Program-made: the position numbers and the translations under genes
Notes under the pieces: model-generated
The model's database searches: none
The model's input: the letters and a program-made list of their open reading frames with translations, nothing else
What the model was told of the DNA's origin: nothing
Shown: one piece after another, positions 45,289 through 53,618 of the stretch
How positions within the stretch are numbered: position 1 is the first letter of the stretch
How the letters are laid out: each line of letters begins with the position of its first letter
Source: an uncultured delta proteobacterium
Lineage (GTDB): Bacteria; Desulfobacterota; Syntrophia; Syntrophales; CAMTWB01
Direction: 5' to 3'
NCBI GenBank assembly: GCA_947085375.1
Contig: CAMTWB010000026.1
Coordinates: 7,689 to 71,688 of the forward strand
Length of the DNA: 64,000 nucleotides

Positions 45289-45720
45289 TTGCTCGAATTC
45301 GATCAATTGTCCATTGAAGAAAATAACCCGATAACCATCAGGGGTGGCATTCTGGGTTTTGAAGAATTGAGTCGCTACACCATCGTTGCCGACGAACCTG
45401 ATGCCCCCCTCTACTGGCTCCAGTCGCTCGACGATCCGGAGTTGGCCTTTATAGTTGTAGATCCATTTTTAATTAAAGCGGATTATGACCCCCGGTTCAA
45501 CCCGGCGGATCTGGCCGCCCTGGAAATAGACGACATCAGAGAAGATGCGATATTGCTCGCCATTATTACCTTGAAGGAAGACTATCTCCAAAGTACCGCC
45601 AACCTGATGGCCCCCGTTGTAATCAATAAAAAGACGCTGATCGCCAAACAGATAATCCTGGATGACCGCTCGCAGCCCATTCGCTACAATATAATATCAA
45701 CCGCCGCCAGCGGCGTTTGA
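45289..45720 (+). CDS. fliW: flagellar assembly factor FliW
   Basis: ITIRGGILGFEELSRYTIV...PLYWLQSLDDPELAFIVVDPF is the FliW signature. TTG start. Confidence 0.9.
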   Translation: MLEFDQLSIEENNPITIRGGILGFEELSRYTIVADEPDAPLYWLQSLDDPELAFIVVDPFLIKADYDPRFNPADLAALEIDDIREDAILLAIITLKEDYLQSTANLMAPVVINKKTLIAKQIILDDRSQPIRYNIISTAASGV

Positions 45721-45745
45721 TTGGGATGGCCTGGGGGGTATTCGG

Positions 45746-45846
45746 TTTTCTCGGAGGGACGAGCTTAAGTCTCGTCCGGGTTATTGCGCAGGGCGGGGCA
45801 ACCGGCAACGCCCTTGCGGCCATGACGAAGCATGGCCCTCCGAAAG
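45746..45846 (-). repeat. P-family REP/BIME-like unit (inverted) in the convergent fliW / fliS spacer
   Basis: CTCGGAGGGACGAGCTTAAGTCTCGTCCG...GCGGCCATGACGAAGCATGGCCCTCCGAAAG. Confidence 0.8.
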
Positions 45847-45918
45847 ACCCGCTTCTTCAAAGTGCCCAGGTTGGTTCATCGCGAGGAAACTATCCCCGGC
45901 CCGCCCATGGCAGGCCCT

Positions 45919-46299
45919 CTAAAGGTTCTTTCCTTCAAATCCGCCCCGCAGGTTTTCCAGCAGGCTGATTATCTCTTTTAACTTATCGCTGTCATTTCTT
46001 AAATTGGCTGCCAACAGTTCTTGCATCATGTAGTGGTACAACTGCCGCAGATTGGCGGAAACCTGCCCGCCGGCCTCCATATCCAGAGAATTGTCCAGCT
46101 CTTGAATTATTGCCAGGGCCCGGTCGATGTATTTGAGTTTAGTTCTAATATCCTTAGCAATAATTGCCCGGCTCGCCCTATGAAGGAAATCAATGGCGCC
46201 GTTGTACAGCATCACAACCAAATCGAGAGAATTAACTGCGGTCGTCACACTCGTTTGGGTATAAGAATTAAGCGCGTAGGCTTGGCTTACCATTGTCAT
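45919..46299 (-). CDS. fliS: flagellin chaperone FliS
   Basis: 126 aa. LVVMLYNGAIDFL...KLKYIDRALAIIQELDNSLD is the FliS pattern. Confidence 0.9.
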   Translation of the reverse strand: MTMVSQAYALNSYTQTSVTTAVNSLDLVVMLYNGAIDFLHRASRAIIAKDIRTKLKYIDRALAIIQELDNSLDMEAGGQVSANLRQLYHYMMQELLAANLRNDSDKLKEIISLLENLRGGFEGKNL

Positions 46300-47702
46300 T
46301 TACCTCCGAAAGATTTGGAAAGCATCTCCATCTGTTGAGTTAAGTAATCGCTTGTGCTTTGCATCCGGTTTAACTGCGCGTCTAAGGCGATATATTTCTT
46401 CTTGAGGGCCACTTCGGTCAGTTCCAGTTTTCGCTCCAGATTGAGCCCAGCGCGCTGGGCATTTCGCATGGCTTCCTGATAGCCGCTTTGCCGGGACGGG
46501 AGGATGGTCTTTTCATAAGCGGTCAGGACTGATACCATTGCTGTCGCCATCGCATTTAATGTGCCGGTTAGATTAGATTCGCCAGTTTCAATGGCCTCGT
46601 CTAGTTTTTTGGTATCCAGGGTCAAGACGCCGGTCTTGTCATGGGCCAAGCCAAAATAGGCCAGAGACTTGTTGTTGTAGGTTCCGCTGACCGAAGAGCG
46701 CAGAGCTGTCTGGAGCGCTCCCAAAGTCGCATCACTCTTGAGCGCGGCCTCGCCCCGCAGGGACTTAATGCCCGCGCTGGCCTGATTGTAGGCGGTAACA
46801 AAGGCGTTGACCTTGGTTTTATAGGCGCCGGTGTCCTTGGAGATGGTCAACTTGATATTGGTTTGGTAGCTGTCAGCCTTCAGAAGATTCAGGGTTAGCC
46901 CGGAAATAAGATCGCTTATCGTATTGGAAGACCGAATGACTTCGAGGCCGTCCACTTTCAATTTGGCGTCCAGGGCCGCCTGGGACTGGGTCATCCGGAC
47001 TATCCCGCCGGTGATGCCGCCGTCAGGGTTGTAGGTGGCATTGAAGGCCAGGCGGGAGAGACCGGTTGTGTCAACATCGTCGCCTGTTTCGCTGAAGTTG
47101 ACCCCGTCTTCGGCAACCTTGATCACGACCCTGTTTCCCGCACCGGTTGCATTTGCCGATAGAATCAACCTCTGAGATGTCCCGTCGTTGATTATCGTGG
47201 CCTTGAGACCCGCATTGGCGCTGTTGATCGCATCTTTTATGCCGGTGAGGGTATTATTTGCGCTGTTGACGGCAATCTCCACCGCCGGTGCACTTCCGGT
47301 CTGAATCTGTAATTTTTGGTTTGGCTGAAGGGACAAATCGGCGACTCCACTTGTGGTTGAGGCAAAGGCGGTGGAATAGATGCTCTGCGCGGTGGCTAGG
47401 TTGTGGACTCTGATATTGTACGACCCGGCTGACTCCGGGGTTGCGGTGCCAACGGTAAAAAAGGAGGAGTCGGAGAGGGTGGCCTTCATAGCGGTGAGAC
47501 TTGCGTCTCTAAGACCGGTTACAGCGCTTTTGAACGTGGATAGGTTGTTCAGCAACAGGGCGTAGGAGCTGATTTTCGCCTGGTAGGAGGTCTCCTTTTC
47601 CTTGATCTTAAGGAGCGGTTTTCTCTCCACCTTCATCAGCTGCTCGACGATCGCATTTGTATCGAAACTGCCGCCCGTTGATCCCAATGGATTGACAGCC
47701 AT
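46296..47702 (-). CDS. fliD: flagellar filament cap FliD
   Basis: N-terminal IVEQLMKVERKPLLKIKEKETSYQAKISSYALL and C-terminal ALKKKYIALDAQLNRMQSTSDYL. Confidence 0.9.
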   Translation of the reverse strand: MAVNPLGSTGGSFDTNAIVEQLMKVERKPLLKIKEKETSYQAKISSYALLLNNLSTFKSAVTGLRDASLTAMKATLSDSSFFTVGTATPESAGSYNIRVHNLATAQSIYSTAFASTTSGVADLSLQPNQKLQIQTGSAPAVEIAVNSANNTLTGIKDAINSANAGLKATIINDGTSQRLILSANATGAGNRVVIKVAEDGVNFSETGDDVDTTGLSRLAFNATYNPDGGITGGIVRMTQSQAALDAKLKVDGLEVIRSSNTISDLISGLTLNLLKADSYQTNIKLTISKDTGAYKTKVNAFVTAYNQASAGIKSLRGEAALKSDATLGALQTALRSSVSGTYNNKSLAYFGLAHDKTGVLTLDTKKLDEAIETGESNLTGTLNAMATAMVSVLTAYEKTILPSRQSGYQEAMRNAQRAGLNLERKLELTEVALKKKYIALDAQLNRMQSTSDYLTQQMEMLSKSFGGK

Positions 47703-47716
47703 CCTACACCTCGTTC

Positions 47717-48061
47717 CTAAGCCTTGCTAAGAAATAGACTTTCTACTGTCTTTTGAAATTTGTTCAGCATATTGAGATATTCTTCCGGGGGGAACTGGCG
47801 TACGATCTGACCCTTTTCATCCAGAAACCTGATGACCACGTTCTTTCCTTCCTGGGCAAATACGGCCTTCAAGTCAAAGAACTCCGGCGTGGAGATTTCA
47901 GGGGGCTTAATCTCCGGGGTACGTTCCTTTGTTTCCTGTTCTTTCGGAACAATCTTGGCCGGCGCCGCAGCGGGGCTGTTAACGGCAATTTTTTCCGTCT
48001 GGCCCCGCTGAACCGATATTTCGATGTTCTGCATTATGGCGCCAATATTCATCTTCGTCAC
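47717..48061 (-). CDS. flaG: FlaG family protein
   Basis: 114 aa. C-terminal VVIRFLDEKGQIVRQFPPEEYLNMLNKF is the FlaG pattern. Located between fliC and fliD. Confidence 0.8.
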   Translation of the reverse strand: MTKMNIGAIMQNIEISVQRGQTEKIAVNSPAAAPAKIVPKEQETKERTPEIKPPEISTPEFFDLKAVFAQEGKNVVIRFLDEKGQIVRQFPPEEYLNMLNKFQKTVESLFLSKA

Positions 48062-48097
48062 CCAAAACGTCCTTTAGCATAAACTCTTTACATGCAG

Positions 48098-48165
48098 GGT
48101 GCGTTACGGCGGTTTCTTGCCGTAACGCACCGTCCATTTGGTGCGTTACGTTTAGCTAACGCACC
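48098..48165 (-). terminator. tandem hairpins downstream of fliC
   Basis: GGTGCGTTACGGC-N8-GCCGTAACGCACC (48098-48131) and GGTGCGTTA-N8-TAACGCACC (48140-48165). The following tract is only weakly U-rich. Confidence 0.5.
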
Positions 48166-48185
48166 CTAGTTTACCGCTCTACCTG

Positions 48186-49610
48186 TTACCTGCCGCCCAG
48201 GAGCGCCATCACGTTCTGGGGCAGGTTGTTGGCCTGCGACAGGACCGAGATGCCCGCCTGCTGCATGATCATCGCCTTGGTCAGGTTGGCCGTTTCCGCC
48301 GCAAAGTCGGCATCCATGATCCGGGAACGGGCGGCCGTGACATTCTCGACCACGTTTTCCAGGTTTCTCACGGTGGATTCAAGGCGGTTGAGAACTGCGC
48401 CGATGTCGCTTCTGGAGGTGGATACAGTCCCGATGGCTCTGTCAACAGCAGCGATCGCCAGGTTGGCGCCGGTATCGGTGGAGATGTCCACTGCGCCGAC
48501 ACCCAGCGTTGCAGCTCCAGCAGAGAAGCCGGCTTTGGCTGGCGCCGTTCCGCCAATAGTATAGCTGCTATTGGATACCAGACTGATGCGTGAACGGTGC
48601 GCGCTAGCACCAGTGGCATCTGCCAGCCCAGTTACGGCAGTTTCGGCCGTACTTAAACCAGCTATGTCAATATTAACACCACCAGCGCCGGTTAATACTA
48701 TCTGGTTGCCGGCGATTGTTGCCGCCACCCCGGCACCGGCCGCATTAACAGCGTCCTTCAGCGCCGCTAGTTGCGCGTTGGCGGTCTGACCCGCCGACAA
48801 AGCATAAGAGACAACCTTACTGTTAATTGTAAATGAAACTCCGATATCTGCGGCAACAACATTAGTTAACGCAGTCCCCACCACCCCGGTATCAAGCGCG
48901 GTGGCGCCAATCCCACTAGCCGCGGACAAAAGATTTATTGCCTGCGCCTTGGACCAAGCGCTATCGGTAGTCTGCCCAAGCGTTGTATCGCCTGCAAGAG
49001 AGGCGCCCACAGTGAACAGGTTGCCGCCTGTCGTAAATGTGACATCACCGGAAACGAAAGGAGCACTCGTTACGGTAGTGCCGCTGGTCGTGTAGGCGCC
49101 CAAGATGCTGGCAGATCTTACACTTCCAAGGGATATGTTAATGGTTTCATTGGCTTGTGCGCCTACCTGTAGCCCCTTCGTTCCGAAGGTGCCATCCAGC
49201 AGATTGACCGTACTGAACCTGGTTTGGTCAGCGATGCGGTTAATCTCAGCCACAAGTTGCTGCGCCTCAGCGTTCATTGCATTACGCTCGGCTGACGTGT
49301 ACATCCCGTGCGCCGACTGTACCGCAAGCTCCCTGATCCGCTGTAAAGAGGTACCCACCTCCTCCAGCGCCCCTTCCGCCGTCTGGGCGACGGAAATGCC
49401 GTCGTTGGCGTTTCTGACCGCCTGTGAAAGTCCTCTGGCCTGCGACAGCATCCTGGTGGCGATGGCAAGTCCTGCTGCATCGTCTTTGGCCGAGTTGATT
49501 CGGAGTGTGGAGGACAGCCGCTGCATGGCGGTCTGCAGGGGGGCCTGTGACTTGTTCAAGTTTCTCTGGGCGTTAATTGATGCGATGTTGGTATTGATTG
49601 CTAGTGCCAT
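48186..49610 (-). CDS. fliC: flagellin
   Basis: MALAINTNIASINAQRNLNKSQ...LSSTLRINSAKDDAAGLAIA N-terminus and C-terminal DADFAAETANLTKAMIMQQAGISVLSQANNLPQNVMALLG. ATG 49610 follows GGAGGA. The ORF extension to 49853 is read-through. Confidence 0.95.
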   Translation of the reverse strand: MALAINTNIASINAQRNLNKSQAPLQTAMQRLSSTLRINSAKDDAAGLAIATRMLSQARGLSQAVRNANDGISVAQTAEGALEEVGTSLQRIRELAVQSAHGMYTSAERNAMNAEAQQLVAEINRIADQTRFSTVNLLDGTFGTKGLQVGAQANETINISLGSVRSASILGAYTTSGTTVTSAPFVSGDVTFTTGGNLFTVGASLAGDTTLGQTTDSAWSKAQAINLLSAASGIGATALDTGVVGTALTNVVAADIGVSFTINSKVVSYALSAGQTANAQLAALKDAVNAAGAGVAATIAGNQIVLTGAGGVNIDIAGLSTAETAVTGLADATGASAHRSRISLVSNSSYTIGGTAPAKAGFSAGAATLGVGAVDISTDTGANLAIAAVDRAIGTVSTSRSDIGAVLNRLESTVRNLENVVENVTAARSRIMDADFAAETANLTKAMIMQQAGISVLSQANNLPQNVMALLGGR

Positions 49611-49752
49611 TTTATTTTCCTCCGTGAAGTTTGTTTGGTTGTCGTGGCGACAACTCGTTGCGGGCTTCCTGCCCTTTCTTGTTTTTGGCGTCGTACCCCT
49701 TTTACGCTTTTCACCTCCCTTCCCGGTTCGCGCCTGTTGCCCTTTGGCTAGT
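49611..49752 (-). promoter_or_regulatory. fliC 5' leader with two candidate CsrA sites
   Basis: On the minus strand, the hairpin GGGC-AGGAA-GCCC (49661-49673) presents GGA in its loop. CACGGAGGA (49618-49626) overlaps the Shine-Dalgarno. Confidence 0.5.
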
Positions 49753-49779
49753 TTATCGGATTTATTGCCGGGAACTTTA
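49753..49779 (-). promoter_or_regulatory. sigma-28 promoter of fliC
   Basis: The minus strand reads TAAAGTTC-N11-TCCGATAA compared with TAAAGTTT-N11-GCCGATAA. Confidence 0.7.
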
Positions 49780-49834
49780 GTTAAAAATGAGGGCCTGGTA
49801 AAAAAGTCCATAAACCGCGGTTGGTTTTGCCCCT

Positions 49835-50197
49835 CGGTTTTTCGGAGGGCCATGCTCCGTCATGGCCGCAAGGGCGTTGCCGGTTACCCGCGCTTGTGCC
49901 ATAAAACGGACGAGACGAAGCTCGTCCCTCCGAAAAGACAATGCCCATTTGATTGTTTGGTTGCTATATGCACCGGTTTTTCGGAGGGCCATGCTTCGTC
50001 ATGGCCGTGAGGGCGTTGCCGGTTACCCGCGCTTGTGCCATAAAACGGACGAGACGAAGCTCGTCCCTCCGAAAAGACAATGCCCATAGGATTGAATGGT
50101 TTTTAGGAGGGCCATGCTCCGTCATGGCCGTAAGGGCGTTGCCGGTTGCCTCCGCATACGCCATAAAGCGGACGAGACGGAGCTCGTCCCTCCGAGA
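49835..50197 (+). repeat. three tandem P-family REP/BIME-like units
   Basis: Units start at 49835, 49975 and 50098 (GGTTTTTCGGAGGGCCATGCTCCGTCATGGCCG...ACGGACGAGACGAAGCTCGTCCCTCCGAAAAG). Confidence 0.9.
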
Positions 50198-50242
50198 GAA
50201 GAATACCCAACTTCCGGGGTACAAAATAAATGCAACCAAAAT

Positions 50243-50269
50243 TTAAGTTTAAACTGTATCTGCCGATAA
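50243..50269 (+). promoter_or_regulatory. sigma-28 promoter upstream of the 71-aa ORF
   Basis: TTAAGTTT-N11-GCCGATAA, with an 8/8 match in the -10 element and exact spacing. Confidence 0.75.
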
Positions 50270-50297
50270 AAGAATCACATACGGGAGGGTGTTCACC

Positions 50298-50513
50298 ATG
50301 ACCATAACCTCATATCAGATTGACGGGCTGCTCAAGGCCTACAGCCGCCAGAACAAGTCGGTGTCGGCGCTGGCAAAAGAAGCCGATTCCGCACGAAATA
50401 TTCCAACCACCGACATCGTCGAACTATCGATCCCCCTGGCAAATAAGGCCGAAGCCTTCGAGAAGGTTTCCTACAGTCTGGTGGATGTTCTACTTAAGAA
50501 CAAAACCAAGTAG
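50298..50513 (+). CDS. small hypothetical protein (71 aa) under a sigma-28 promoter
   Basis: The ATG lies 8 nt after GGGAGGG. The sigma-28 promoter ends 29 nt upstream of the ATG. No motif recognised. Confidence 0.6.
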   Translation: MTITSYQIDGLLKAYSRQNKSVSALAKEADSARNIPTTDIVELSIPLANKAEAFEKVSYSLVDVLLKNKTK

Positions 50514-50616
50514 ACTTGCCAATTCTTCTGTGGTAAGTTACGCGTCAAAATGAAAAACGGAATTTTGACCGATGCCTGACAAGTCATGGAAACGGTAACC
50601 CAAAAAGGCTAAGCAC

Positions 50617-52104
50617 GTGGATAAATACCGGATATTAGTTGTAGATGATTATCAACCGACGCGTAATCTGATTACGGAAGCGCTGGGACAATGCGCCAAA
50701 TACGAAACAGCGGAAGCTGAAAATGGGTCAATCGCCCTTGAGCTCTTTAAAAAATATTCCTTCGATTTGGTCATCTCGGACGTCATGATGCCCCAGGTGA
50801 GCGGCATGGATCTACTGCCCGCGCTGATAGCAATCTCACCTGTAACCCCGGTCATCATGATGACCGCCCATACGGCGCCGGAAATGACCGTCACGGCGTT
50901 AAAAAACGGTGCCGTTGATTTTCTGCAAAAACCTTTCGATATCGACGAACTCCTCTTTAAGGTTGACATCTATCTGCGGAATAGACCCCGCTGCACTCCT
51001 GATGCCGTCCAGGACCAGCCACAGCACTTGCCGTTCATTGCCGGCATGAAGGATGATCTGGCGATACAGCAGTACATTTACGACTCAATTGAGCAGGCCA
51101 GCGGCGCCAATGAGGAAATATTAGAAAAAATCGTTGATCTGGCGCTGAAGGTGGTAAGCGGGGACACCGCCTATCTGCTGCTTTATGATCAGAAACAGGA
51201 TGAAATCCAGCTACAGGCTATGAGATCAAAAAATGGACAGCCCACGCCATCAAGCCAATTGCGTCTTTGGACTTTCATGTTTCAAGAGGTTATGGACAAA
51301 CCCACAGGCCTGATCCTGCACCACGAAGATCATCCCGAAGTTTCACGTTCGTTAATCTGCTCCCCCTTGATGATCCGCGGCCGGGTATTTGGCCTTCTGG
51401 TGGTCACGAAAAGTCCTGCTGCCCAGATATTTTCCCGCAAAGAGCTTCATTATCTGCAGACCATAACGATAAGGGCCGCTCTCAATCTGGAAAACACAAT
51501 GCTCTACGAGAGCATCTACGGCAATGTGATCGATACCTTCCAATCGCTCATAGCCTCAATTGAGGCCAGAGACCATTATACCCAGACCCATTCACTGCGG
51601 GTAGCCAAAAATGCGCTGTCTATCGGCCGGATATTAAATTTACCCCTGGGCAGCCTGGAATCGCTTAAAATTGCCTCTTTGCTCCACGATATTGGAAAGA
51701 TTTCCATCCCCGACTCGATATTGCTTAAAGCCGGCAGGCTCTCCACAGAGGAATATCAAGTCATGAAAAATCACAGTAGCGTCGGGGAGAGCATCATCCG
51801 GCCCATCGCTCTTTTGGACCGGGAACAGAAGATCGTCCGTCATCATCACGAAAGATGGGATGGCGCAGGCTATCCCGACGGCCTGGCCGGTGAAGAAATA
51901 CCGATCATGGCCCGCATATTGACAGTGGCCGACAGCTACGACGCCATCGTCACGAACCGTCCCTACCGGCAGGCAATGGCAATGGATTGGGCCTTGGAAG
52001 AGATTCAACGGGGCCGGGGAAGCCAGTTCGATCCGGCTGTTGTGGACGCCTTTTTAAGCCCGGAAAGTCAGGCTGTGGTGAGAGCCGGCTCTCTGATGTG
52101 CTGA
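50617..52104 (+). CDS. response regulator with GAF-like and HD-GYP domains (putative c-di-GMP phosphodiesterase)
   Basis: Receiver domain ILVVDD...DLVISDVMMP...QKP. HD-GYP motifs LLHDIGK and HHHERWDGAGYPDGL. GTG start. Confidence 0.9.
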   Translation: MDKYRILVVDDYQPTRNLITEALGQCAKYETAEAENGSIALELFKKYSFDLVISDVMMPQVSGMDLLPALIAISPVTPVIMMTAHTAPEMTVTALKNGAVDFLQKPFDIDELLFKVDIYLRNRPRCTPDAVQDQPQHLPFIAGMKDDLAIQQYIYDSIEQASGANEEILEKIVDLALKVVSGDTAYLLLYDQKQDEIQLQAMRSKNGQPTPSSQLRLWTFMFQEVMDKPTGLILHHEDHPEVSRSLICSPLMIRGRVFGLLVVTKSPAAQIFSRKELHYLQTITIRAALNLENTMLYESIYGNVIDTFQSLIASIEARDHYTQTHSLRVAKNALSIGRILNLPLGSLESLKIASLLHDIGKISIPDSILLKAGRLSTEEYQVMKNHSSVGESIIRPIALLDREQKIVRHHHERWDGAGYPDGLAGEEIPIMARILTVADSYDAIVTNRPYRQAMAMDWALEEIQRGRGSQFDPAVVDAFLSPESQAVVRAGSLMC

Positions 52105-52129
52105 TTTGGCAAGTCAAAGGGTCGCCTGG

Positions 52130-52300
52130 GGTCTGCGACAAAAATGTGGGTATTCTGTTCTTGCAGAGACTTATCCCCCCTTTCGAAAAGGGGGGCAGGG
52201 GGGATTTATAATAAAAGTAAGAGGTAATTTTTTATCCGTCAAATCTCCCCCAACCCCTCTTTTCTAAAGAGGGGAGAAAAACCGCTCTACCTATAAATTT
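52130..52300 (+). repeat. R-type repeat (about 171 bp), copy 1
   Basis: Its reverse complement aligns along its length with 58684..58855. Contains CCCCCCTTTCGAAAAGGGGGG and CCCCTCTTTTCTAAAGAGGGG hairpins. Overlaps the trmFO stop codon. Confidence 0.85.
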
Positions 52301-53613
52301 GCCGCACACGCGGTCGCCTGCCAGGATTTCAAAGCAGCAAGCGCCCGTTTTGCCATCAGACTTCCCTTTAGTTTTCGCTCGACCCGGCCAACGTCCAGGG
52401 GAGGCAGAAGCCCCAGGTTGATATTCATGGGCTGAAAGTTTTTCCCCTGATAGCTAGTAACGTACTGCAACAAAGACCCGACGGCTGTCTCTTCCGGCGG
52501 CGGCGACAGATTTTTGCCCAAGAGGGCGACCGCGGCAAATATCCCGGCGATAAGCCCCATTGCAGTGGATTCCATATAACCCTCGACGCCGGTTATCTGG
52601 CCCGCAAAGAAAATGTTCTGATTTCGTTTCAGCCGCAAAAAACGGTCTAGCAGGCGGGGCGAGGCGATGAAGGTATTGCGGTGAATGCTGCCGAAACGCG
52701 CCAGGCGGGCCCCTTCCAGGCCTGGAATCAACCTTATTATCCTCTCCTGTTCCCCCTGCAGCATCCTGGTTTGAAAACCGACGATATTAAATAATCGGCC
52801 TTCGTTATCCTCGCGCCGCAACTGCACCACCGCATAGGGTCTTTTGCCGGTGCGGGGATCATCCAGTCCGACCGGTTTCATCGGCCCGAAGGCCAGGGTT
52901 TGGAAACCTCTCTGGGCCAAGATCTCGACAGGCAGGCAGGACTCAAAGCACTTCAGATCCTCAAAAGCATGGGGCGGCACCTGTTTGGCCTGGATCAGGG
53001 CCTGCCAGAAATTTTCATACTCAGCCCTGCTCAATGGGCAGTTGACGTAATCAGCGGATGCGGGATCATAGCGGGAGGCGAGAAATACCTTTTGGTAGTC
53101 GATGGAATCTCCTTCAATGATAGGGGAAATGGCATCGTAGAAATAGACATGCTCCTGGCCGGTAAGAAAAGCGATGCTTTGGGCCATTGCAGGCGATGTC
53201 AGCGGCCCGGTGGCGATGATGGTGGTCCCCCCCGCCGGGATTTGTGTTTCTTCGCTGCGAATTATTTCCAGCCCCTTTTCCCGGGAAAGCTTTTCTTCAA
53301 TGTAACCGGAAAAGAGGTTTCTATCCACCGCCAACGCCCGGCCGGCGGGAACGGCACAGCGATCCGCCGCCTCAACTATCAGAGAGCCTAGTTCCCGGAG
53401 TTCCTGTTTTAAAATACCGGAAGCATGATCCGGGGCGTTTGAACCGAGCGAATTGGAGCAGACCAATTCGGCCAAATGCGGCGATTTGTGGGCCGGTGAA
53501 AAAAGGGCCGGTTTCATCTCCCGGATGGTGACCGTAAATCCCCTTTTGAGGAGCTGCCAGGCGGCTTCGCAGCCGGCCAGACCGCCGCCGATTATCGCAA
53601 CATGGTTATTCAT
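52291..53613 (-). CDS. trmFO: methylenetetrahydrofolate--tRNA-(uracil54-C5)-methyltransferase TrmFO
   Basis: MNNHVAIIGGGLAGCEAAWQL FAD fold, CSNSLGS, FFAGQITGVEGYMESTAMG. ATG at 53613. Confidence 0.9.
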   Translation of the reverse strand: MNNHVAIIGGGLAGCEAAWQLLKRGFTVTIREMKPALFSPAHKSPHLAELVCSNSLGSNAPDHASGILKQELRELGSLIVEAADRCAVPAGRALAVDRNLFSGYIEEKLSREKGLEIIRSEETQIPAGGTTIIATGPLTSPAMAQSIAFLTGQEHVYFYDAISPIIEGDSIDYQKVFLASRYDPASADYVNCPLSRAEYENFWQALIQAKQVPPHAFEDLKCFESCLPVEILAQRGFQTLAFGPMKPVGLDDPRTGKRPYAVVQLRREDNEGRLFNIVGFQTRMLQGEQERIIRLIPGLEGARLARFGSIHRNTFIASPRLLDRFLRLKRNQNIFFAGQITGVEGYMESTAMGLIAGIFAAVALLGKNLSPPPEETAVGSLLQYVTSYQGKNFQPMNINLGLLPPLDVGRVERKLKGSLMAKRALAALKSWQATACAANL

Positions 53614-53618
53614 GACAG

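Noticed and set aside
49105-50010. 301-aa plus-strand ORF antisense to fliC, together with the 81-codon N-terminal extension of the fliC ORF (49611..49853).
   Set aside because: Flagellin signatures begin exactly at the ATG at 49610, behind a GGAGGA Shine-Dalgarno. The extension runs through the promoter and leader. The antisense ORF has no motif and a biased composition.
49835-50197. Whether the tandem repeats are a CRISPR array.
   Set aside because: The period is about 123-140 bp with no unique spacers of CRISPR size. The same unit is dispersed singly elsewhere. No cas genes are present.
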